Of a stretch of 7,039 bases of DNA, positions 1 to 6,954 are shown piece by piece; the first letter of the stretch is position 1; the number at the start of each line of letters is the position of its first letter. The notes under the pieces are model-generated. The model saw only the letters and a list, made by a program, of their open reading frames with translations, made no database searches and was not told where the DNA came from. The stretch covers positions 1 to 7,039 of the forward strand of contig NW_021829106.1 of assembly GCF_006345805.1 (NCBI RefSeq), given 5' to 3'. The DNA comes from Octopus sinensis. Taxonomy: Eukaryota. A program made the translations under genes and the position numbers.

Positions 1-16
1 TTGGATATGACCGCAA

Positions 17-140
17 CCACTGCAAACCACCACCGCCACCACTACCACCACCACCGCCAATGCCAGCACCATCGCCATCAGCGGCACTGCGCCATTACGA
101 CTGCCACACAAATAAAAACAACAAGAACAACAACGACTAC
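17..140. repeat. Degenerate trinucleotide low-complexity tract, (CCA/CCG)n grading into (CAA)n
   Basis: ACCACCACCGCCACCACTACCACCACCACCGCC followed by ACAACAAGAACAACAACGAC. Confidence 0.8.
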
Positions 141-323
141 ATAACACAGAAAAACGGCAACAATTATCTGACGTAGACAAATGTTTTCCTAACGGTAGCA
201 TTGTCATGAAAAGATTGTCAACCAACCAATAATTTCCTACTTTCATTAGTGTGGAATTAATTAACAATTAAATTAATTAATCAATGACGGCCACAAGTAA
301 AGGAAGGCTTGACTAATTGATGA

Positions 324-325
<2 letters not shown>

Positions 326-355
<30 letters not shown>
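326..355. repeat. (ATT)10 microsatellite
   Basis: Perfect ATT run read directly. Confidence 0.95.
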
Positions 356-616
356 GTTTTTGTTGCTGCTCTTAATCATGCTTCTGTTGATTTAATTTTT
401 GTAAATGTTGCGTGTTTAAAGGCAATATGGCGATAACTAAACAGCTTCTCAACAGAGATACAATATTTTAAATGATTCTACATTTAAAATTAAAGCTTAC
501 ATACAATACAAACACGAACACAGAAATGAAACGCATACGAATACATGCAGACACACACTCATAAACTATTGAACAATAAAACATATAAACCATACGTATA
601 CAGACGGAAGGAACAG

Positions 617-712
617 ATACATACATATATACATACATATATATACATACATACATTTATACATGTGTGTGTATGTGTACACATACATATATATATATAC
701 ATGGATATATGT

Positions 713-747
<35 letters not shown>

Positions 748-982
748 CCTGGATATATATAAATGCATGTGTATGTATGCATGTATACATGTATGTACGT
801 AGATATATATACACACACACACACAAACATGTTACTATAGTTGTATATAATATATATTATGATATATATACGTATATATGCATACATACATATAGAATAT
901 ATACTGGCATATATACATGTATGTATGCATGTATATCGATATGTTTGTGTATATATGTCTGTCTATGTGTGTATGAGTGTGT
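617..982. repeat. Compound degenerate (TACA)/(TA)/(CA)/(TG) microsatellite field
   Basis: Near-continuous alternating purine-pyrimidine repeats; source of the Y/I/H/T/C/V/M-rich spurious ORFs. Confidence 0.92.
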
Positions 983-989
983 CTTTACA

Positions 990-1052
990 CAGAGAGAAAG
1001 AGAGAGAGAGAGCGTGAGAGAGAGAGAGAGGAGCCAAAGAGAGAAAGAAAAG
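990..1052. repeat. Imperfect (AG)n polypurine tract
   Basis: AGAGAGAAAGAGAGAGAGAGAGCGTGAGAGAGAGAGAGAGG then AAAGAGAGAAAGAAAAGG. Confidence 0.9.
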
Positions 1053-1254
1053 GTGGAGGGACAGAGACGAGAGTGCCATCAGCAGGCAATGACATGACAA
1101 TAGCAACAATGAGAAGAACATGAAAGAAATAGGAATGAGACAAACAAACGCTTTAAGATAAAAGAAAAAACAAAGAAAAAACAAAACATGGCGGAAATGT
1201 TAAAATGTTCAGGTTTTTTAGAAATTTCGATAACATTAAAAGGCTACGTGTGTA

Positions 1255-1333
1255 TACACACACACACACACACATAAATATATACATATACATATATATG
1301 GTGGTGGTGGTTATGATGATTATGATGATTATG

Positions 1334-1393
<60 letters not shown>
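1255..1393. repeat. Compound microsatellite (AC)n-(TA)n-(GGT)4-(ATG/ATT)n-(ATT)20
   Basis: Successive tracts read directly; perfect (ATT)20 at 1334-1393. Confidence 0.95.
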
Positions 1394-1395
<2 letters not shown>

Positions 1396-1427
1396 GCTTC
1401 CCTACTTTCAACCCAAAGAGAAAGCTG

Positions 1428-1478
1428 AGAGAGACACACACACACACACAAACACACGCACACACGCGCCCACACACA
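1428..1478. repeat. (GA)/(CA) imperfect microsatellite
   Basis: GAGAGACACACACACACACACAAACACACGCACACACGCGCCCACACAC. Confidence 0.85.
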
Positions 1479-1864
1479 ATACCCGAGTGACAACTTTAAT
1501 AAGGTATCTAAGGCATCATGGATACCTGTGTATATTTTCTACACAGAGACATACACGACGAGCTCAGACACCCACCCACCCACACACACACACACAGATG
1601 TACATGCATATTTGTACTCTAAGTTGTTGTACATAAACAATTGAACTATAAAAACACAACAACAAAATTAAAATCAAAATTGATGCTTACTCTTATTTCA
1701 ATGTGCTTGCAAATATTTTTGCTTGTATATTGTCACGCTACTTCTATTCTTTATTCGTTTGGAAAATTCGTGTTAAGATTCAGAATGCATTGGCTTCTCA
1801 TAAATTTTATTCATTCTGTTTTATGTATTGCGTACATTTTCCCATTTCGAAACACAAACCTTCA

Positions 1865-1920
1865 ATACATACACACATATATGTATATATATATATACAT
1901 ATATATGTTTGTATATATAT
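1865..1920. repeat. Degenerate (TA)/(TACA) microsatellite
   Basis: ATACATACACACATATATGTATATATATATATACATATATATG. Confidence 0.85.
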
Positions 1921-2080
1921 CTACGTACTTGTGTATCAATCTAAGTACTTTTGTATACAAAACTTTAAAAAAATATATGAATGCTCTCTAGAAGATAATT
2001 CGATTCAGATATATTTAGTAACAATAAATCTGGAAGAATTATCGAGCTGAGCGAAAATAAATTTGCACGCGCACACAAAT

Positions 2081-2106
2081 ACACACACACACACACACAC
2101 ACACAC
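2081..2106. repeat. (AC)13 microsatellite
   Basis: Perfect AC run. Confidence 0.95.
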
Positions 2107-2354
2107 ATAAACAAGCAAACACACTTCAGCCAAGGTATCTGCACATATTAGCACACATTAAGTACTATAAATTCTGACGCATAGAATGAACTGCGCCAAG
2201 ACGAACAGACAGACAGATGCATATACACCCGCGTCCGCGCGCACATGTATGCCAACGTGCTTGTACGTGTATGTATATGCATATATATCTCTGTGTGTAT
2301 AATGAGCGGAAAGAGGTGGTGGGAGAGGGTGAAGAGATAATTGCAATATCTCTC

Positions 2355-2641
2355 TGTATATACGTATGTATGTATGTATGTGTGTGTGTGTATGCATGTA
2401 TGTGTGTGCATGTATGTATATATGTATATGTATGCATGTATGCATGCATGTATGTATGTGTGTATGTATGTATATATATATATATGCATGTATGTATGTG
2501 CATGTATATATGTATGCATGTGTGTATGCATATATGTGTGTGTATATATATATGTTGATATGTATGTACGTATGTATGCATGTATGTATGTGTATGTATG
2601 TGTGAGCCGGTATTTATGCATGTATGTATGTACGTATGTAT
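2355..2641. repeat. Degenerate (TATG)n/(CATG)n/(TG)n microsatellite field
   Basis: About 290 bp of TATG, TGCA, TG and TA units. Confidence 0.93.
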
Positions 2642-3143
2642 TTATGAATACATTGACGTATTCGTACAATCTGGTGCTTAAATACACTTGAATGTAACCA
2701 AGTTCCTGAAACCTATTTTTGCGCTGTGTAACCCAGTGTGGAAGGATTTATACGCTTATTTCTACGCGAGAAAGTATCTGTTGGTGCTTTCTCTTGAACG
2801 ATTGCATGAGAGGTTTTGCGTTTGTGTGTGAGGTGAACGTCTGGGTTGACGTACAAACGTGTGTACGACTGAGTTCTAAACATGTGACTCATGTTAACAC
2901 ATTTAACCTTTAAATTACAAAACTGAGAATGAACGATATGTTAGAAAGTTCAAGCAGTTTCCAGATTAAAATCTTTACGTACAGATATTTGACATTTAAT
3001 AACCATTTTGTTTCTTTTCCTTTTTTTCATTTAATTTATTTATTGATTTGAAAATCTTATATGAATTCAAATGTTCTGTTGATTTCTAAATCCCAGCGCA
3101 ACAACACAAATGTTTCAAAAAATAAGATGCATCCGTTTCAATA

Positions 3144-3250
3144 TTGACCCCTGCCTTCATTATTTGTACTTGACCGGTACTTAATTTCATCGACCTCCGA
3201 TGGAATAGGAGCAAATTAGCCTCGGTACAATTTGAAATCAGAATATTAAG
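3144..3250 (-). mobile_element. Degraded partial copy of the tRNA-derived SINE at 5798-6018, opposite orientation
   Basis: TTGACCCC...GGTACTTAATTTCATCGACCTCCGATGGAATAGGAGCAAATTAGCCTCGGTACAATTTGAAATCAGAA aligns by eye to the reverse complement of the 5798-6018 copy (TTGACCCC...GGTACTTAATTTATCGACCTCGAAAGAATGAAAGGCAAAGTCGACCTCGGAGGAATTTGAACTCAGAA). Confidence 0.85.
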
Positions 3251-3325
3251 ATGTTTCGGTGCCTAGCTTCGGTATCAGGTCACTTTTCGATTGGCAGCCG
3301 GAACTCTTGATTCCAGCAATTGACT

Positions 3326-3471
3326 TTGACCCTTTAGCATTTAAACTGACCATATCCAAACCAAAATATTCTACTTATTTTGTGTTCAAACTGACCATAT
3401 TTGGCCTCTAAATATCTGCAATGTCATTCTAAAGATAAACTATTACATCTTCGAGGCCCCGAAGCTACGAG
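3326..3471 (+). mobile_element. Probable left end of a non-autonomous piggyBac-like MITE, truncated
   Basis: Starts TTGA-CCCTTTAGCATTT (a TTAA-like target plus a CCCTTT terminus typical of piggyBac TIRs) and has a 13-bp internal direct repeat AAACTGACCATAT at 3343-3355 and 3388-3400. Resembles, from memory, a common Octopus repeat TTAACCCTTTAGCATT...AATGCTAAAGGGTTAA. The right TIR is not found in the window. Confidence 0.6.
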
Positions 3472-4087
3472 TCTCCATCGATTAAGTTTATTGGCCTTAT
3501 CTCCCACCCATTTTATTCTTTTAGAATCTAAAATACTTCAAGAGTATTTTTTTTGTTTTGTAATTCCTTAGATTTAACCATTTAATCGAACTTTTGCAAC
3601 TTCTTCTGTTATATATTAATTCACGCAGAACTAGGCCCCAAAAGGTATTGTGACTGAATCCAGCATTTAGTATGAATGCGAAAAGTAATGTAGCTACAAA
3701 ATATTTAAATTTAATATTTAATCATATTCTCAGGCATAAGTATTAAGGAATATTACACTGAAACTTAGCTATTCTTCTGCTAAAATCCTATTGTAAGGCT
3801 ATTTAGAAGACAGCAGACACCTCCGAGGTATTTTCTTTCAACCATGTTATATATATCTGTTATCAGTGTCTCTATATTTCCAAGCACCTAACAAAGCGTT
3901 TCCAGAATGGATTAACACAGATACATACAATTAAAAACCACATCGAGTGTTTGGATCAGTACTTGTCATTAGAGTGAGCACAACCGGCCCTGGGGGAGAT
4001 GGAATATTTTCTATAGGTCCTGCAAACGAAGGAAGCTGTAGGAGATGGCGATATATCACTTTAAATTATTATTAATGATCTAAATGA

Positions 4088-4319
4088 AACGACAAGCTGG
4101 CTGAGTTCTTAGCACTTCGGACAAGATGCATAGCGACATTTCATTCGTCTTTATGTTCCGAGTTCGAATTCCGTCGATGTCAACTTTGCCTTTCATCCTT
4201 CCGGGGGTCAATAAAATAAATATCATTTGAGCACTGGGGAGGAGGGGGTCTAATGTAATCGCCTCGATCCTACCTTCAACCGCCAAAATTGCAGGCCTAG
4301 TGGTTAAAGTAGAAACAAC
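4088..4319 (+). mobile_element. Full-length, older copy of the tRNA-derived SINE
   Basis: Collinear with 5798-6018: head AACGACAAGCTGGC..TTAGCAC, B-box GTTCGAATTCC at 4162-4172, central GTCAACTTTGCCTTTCATCCTTCCGGGGGTCAATAAAATAA, 3' CCAAAATTGCAGGCCTAGTG..GTAGAAA. Confidence 0.9.
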
Positions 4320-4553
4320 GTTAATGGTAAAAAAATGCTTTTGACATTCCGTATATTGATAAAATGACTTTTGTGCAAGTAATCTTTTAATAGCGATCGA
4401 CCCGGCCAGGCGGAGCAATTTTCTGTGGGGGAATTTAATTTTGCTGAAGCGTAGCAAAGGGGAGAGAGAGGCTAGCGTCGAAAAAGTATTAGTAAAATAA
4501 AAGGCGCGATAACTAAAAACAACTTTGCAATGTATTGATTTAGAAAAGAGATA

Positions 4554-4554
<1 letters not shown>

Positions 4555-4586
<32 letters not shown>

Positions 4587-4601
4587 GCGTGCGTGTATAC
4601 A

Positions 4602-4681
<80 letters not shown>

Positions 4682-4722
4682 TATGTAATATTATATTATA
4701 TTATATATTATACATATATAAT
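4555..4722. repeat. (TG)14 plus perfect (TA)31 microsatellite with AT-rich tail
   Basis: (TG)14 at 4559-4586; uninterrupted TA at 4612-4673. Confidence 0.95.
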
Positions 4723-4978
4723 AGGTAGACACGTAACAACGGAAGGTGATTGTTGAAGATGTCCAAAGTGAAAGATCAAATGCTATTTGCAATCGACAGA
4801 CAACTGGCAGAATGTGGCATTGGAAGCTTTACAACAGCAATCGCTTCGCAAATGATGTGTGACAGGTGCTGGCAAGATGGCGCCAGTCAAAGGGAGCGGC
4901 GGACGGACATTGGAGACAGAAAAACCGAAGACGGGTTTATGGATTAAAAGTCAGCGAAATAAACGTTGCACTGATAGG

Positions 4979-5326
4979 TGTGCGTGTGTGTGTGGATGGA
5001 CGTATATCTGTGTATGTGTGTTTATATATATACGCATACATACAAATGTGCATAGCCATAGATATATATGTGTGTATGTGCGTACGTGAGTACGTGTGTG
5101 CGCGTGTGTGTAATACATATTATATATGTGTGTGTGGGTGTGTGTGTGTGTGCGTTTGGTTGCATTTATATATGTTTACATTTGTGGATATACGCATCTA
5201 TATATGTGTAAATGTATACAAGGATATGTGTATGTGTGTATGCATGCATGTGTGCCTATGAGTTTGTATACCTGTCTATGTATTACGAGTGTATATGTTT
5301 GTATGCATGCATGTACAGTGATGTAC
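4979..5326. repeat. Degenerate (TG)/(TA)/(TATG) microsatellite field
   Basis: Eroded alternating purine-pyrimidine repeats. Confidence 0.88.
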
Positions 5327-5494
5327 AGATAGTCGATACTCGCGACTGCAGTAGAGCTGGTTGTCTGCTAGTATACTTGCAACTCTGCTTTCATGTTAGG
5401 TGCCTGTGGAGTCCCGAGCATCCATTGACACAACTTCAACCTACCCGCTAACACTGACGTAGTGGGACTTCCACTTTGTGACAGCTGGATGGAT

Positions 5495-5498
<4 letters not shown>

Positions 5499-5526
<28 letters not shown>
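5499..5526. repeat. (AGAC)7 microsatellite
   Basis: Perfect AGAC run. Confidence 0.95.
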
Positions 5527-5527
<1 letters not shown>

Positions 5528-5551
5528 CAGAGCGGTGTTGGTAACCGTTGT

Positions 5552-5678
5552 CAACTATGTAGACGGAGATGACATTAAATGAAGCGCCTTACTCAAGGAG
5601 AAGGCGTGTTGCTTTACCCAAGAACTGAACGCAAGATCTTATGATAGTAAGACAAGCGTCTCTAGGCCACATGCCTTC
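5552..5678 (-). mobile_element. Degraded 5' part of a second tRNA-derived SINE family with a CORE-like motif
   Basis: Minus strand reads GAAGGCATGTGGCCTAGAG (A-box-like), GCGTTCAGTTCTTGGG (eroded B-box) and CCTTGAGTAAGGCGCTTCA, which resembles the CORE/MIR-type CCTTGGGCAAGTCACTT motif. Family assignment is from memory. Confidence 0.55.
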
Positions 5679-5797
5679 TGTATGCCTGAAATTATATAAT
5701 ACATAATATCACTGTACCACTCAGTGAACCAGATTATTAAATGTTATTATACAACGCTGGTCACAATGCACTTCCAAACGATGTTGTCGCTTTCAAA

Positions 5798-6018
5798 GGC
5801 GGCGAGCTGGCAGGAACGTTAGCACGCCGGGCGAAATGCTTAGCGGTATTTCGTCTGTTGCTACGTTCTGAGTTCAAATTCCTCCGAGGTCGACTTTGCC
5901 TTTCATTCTTTCGAGGTCGATAAATTAAGTACCAGTTGGGTACTGGGGTCAAACTAATCGACTGTCTCCCCAACCTTCCCCAAAATTTCGTGCCTTGTGC
6001 CTTGAGTAGAAAAGGATA
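5798..6018 (+). mobile_element. Intact tRNA-derived SINE (Octopus-type) with target-site duplication
   Basis: Head GGCGGCGAGCTGGCAGGAACGTTAGCACG, B-box GTTCAAATTCC at 5872-5882, central GCCTTTCATTCTTTCGAGGTCGATAAATTAAGTACCAG (recalls conserved Nin/Deu-type SINE body motifs). Flanked by TTGTCGCTTTCAAA (5784-5797) and TTGTTGCTTTCAAA (6019-6032). Two further copies in the window. Confidence 0.93.
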
Positions 6019-6088
6019 TTGTTGCTTTCAAATGATTCCACCTTGCTGGTTAGGCAGGCAATAATAGTGTGTGTATGTGTGTATACAG

Positions 6089-6263
6089 ACATACATACAT
6101 ACATACATACATACATACATAAATATATACATACATACATAAATACATACATACATACATACGTACATAAATACATACATACATACATAAATACATACAT
6201 ACATAAATACATACATACATAAATACATACATTCATACATACATACATACATACATACATACA

Positions 6264-6297
<34 letters not shown>

Positions 6298-6304
6298 AAT
6301 ACAT
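6089..6304. repeat. (ACAT)n tetranucleotide microsatellite with AAAT interruptions
   Basis: About 215 bp of ACAT units read directly. Confidence 0.95.
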
Positions 6305-6311
6305 ATAGAAG

Positions 6312-6460
6312 TACTCACTTTTATGTACTCTATTGCTAGACACTACCATTGCCTGTTATGTACTTCATCACTGGACTATTCGCTATTTTGTACTCTATTA
6401 TTTGACAAGACTACTCACTGTTATGTACGCCATTTCTAGACAAGATGACACGCTGTTATG
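6312..6460. repeat. Degenerate ~32-35 bp minisatellite, about 4.5 units
   Basis: Units start near 6312, 6344, 6377, 6412 and 6447; rough consensus TACTCRCTGTTATGTACTCTATTNCTAGAC(AAGAC); the GTAC core recurs at 6325, 6360, 6390 and 6425. Confidence 0.8.
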
Positions 6461-6690
6461 TTTTTTTCATGTGTCAGGTCGCTATCGATTCCCTACCCCC
6501 GGTGGAGAACACCTTTGTGCCACACAGGCGACAACCCTCAAACGCATGGGTCTGTTTCGGGGTAATCGCTGCTGGTGAGGGTTTTACAAGGTCGGCGAGT
6601 AAATCCTACCTCAGAACTTTTCCAATCGCCTTTTATGACATGCAGAGGAAACGTTGGGTCTCTTCTTTAACACGCCGACCTCCACACAAC
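6461..6690 (-). mobile_element. RTE-clade LINE 5'-UTR-like segment (possible SINE body), non-coding
   Basis: Minus strand: GTGTGGAGG...TTTCCTCTGCATGTCATAAAAGGCGATTGGAAA (cf. recalled RTE-type CCCTGCGTGTCGTAARAGGCGAC) and, at 6507-6461, CTCCACCGGGGGTAGGGAATCGATAGCGACCTGACACATGAAAAAAA (cf. recalled CTCCAGGTTGGGGGTTGGGC..GGCTAACAACCTCACCCCGTAAAAA). Both motifs are in the expected order. Similarity judged from memory, not by alignment. Confidence 0.55.
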
Positions 6691-6697
6691 ACAGAAT

Positions 6698-6855
6698 ACC
6701 TCTCGACCGGACGTGGCACTGAAACCCTGGGACCCCGGGGTGGCAATGTGCGTTCAAGGTGTCGATGTTCACTAAGTCTTGCAATTCAAATCAGTTCTCG
6801 TAGAAAATCATGCTTTTCATCGACGGACGATCCGAGTGAACACAGGGAAATGTAC
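6698..6855 (-). pseudogene. Dispersed, diverged, near full-length 5.8S rRNA-derived sequence
   Basis: Minus strand carries 5.8S motifs in order and with plausible spacing: TCACTCGGATCGTCCGTCGATGAA (6839-6816), GAATTGCAAGAC (6787-6776), TGAACATCGACACCTTGAACGCACATTGC (6771-6743), GC-rich hairpin region CCCCGGGGTCCCAGGG and 3' end GCCACGTCCGGTCGAGAGGT (cf. GCCACGCCTGTCTGAGGGTC). The conserved GAAGAACGCAGC is eroded to GAAAAGCATGAT. No 18S/28S nearby. The 5' boundary is approximate. Confidence 0.9.
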
Positions 6856-6954
6856 CGGAGGAAAGTGACGTCATCACAGTCTATTGGAAATGATCAAAGT
6901 CATTGTTGAACTCCAGCCAGCTGATATTAAGAAAACCTTAAGATAAAAGAATAA

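Noticed and set aside
8-140. His/Thr-rich coding exon
   Set aside because: Degenerate CCA/CAA repeat typical of this genome background, with no clear splice signals or other coding support.
468-2691. Numerous overlapping ORFs rich in Y/I/H/T/C/V/M, poly-I and poly-N
   Set aside because: They are translations of TA/CA/TACA/ATT microsatellites, open in several frames on both strands, with no domain-like content.
2879-2895. AP-1 site TGACTCA within the near-palindrome AACATG-TGACT-CATGTT
   Set aside because: A single short motif, expected by chance in 7 kb.
4080-4676. 198-aa minus-strand ORF, the longest in the window
   Set aside because: Starts in (TA)31/(CA)n and runs through the antisense SINE (TPGRMKGKVD is SINE-derived); a chance open frame.
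5798-5885. tRNA gene
   Set aside because: Has A/B-box-like motifs but no convincing cloverleaf, and continues into a SINE body bounded by a TSD.
5741-6318. ORFs over the SINE and the (ACAT)n tract
   Set aside because: Fully explained by repeat sequence.
6312-6460. CRISPR-like repeat-spacer array
   Set aside because: Period is only about 33 bp, the intervening parts are homologous to each other, the context is eukaryotic and there are no cas genes.
6698-6855. Functional 5.8S rRNA gene in an rDNA unit
   Set aside because: No 18S or 28S in the flanks and a universally conserved motif is eroded; treated as a pseudogene or retro-derived head.
6363-6885. TCATCAC..CTATT at about 6365-6380 and 6871-6885 as a TSD of the 5.8S-RTE element
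   Set aside because: Match is short and gapped, and one copy lies inside the minisatellite; not enough to call a TSD.
6445-6909. 154-aa plus-strand ORF
   Set aside because: Antisense to the 5.8S-like and RTE-UTR-like sequences, with no recognisable protein features.
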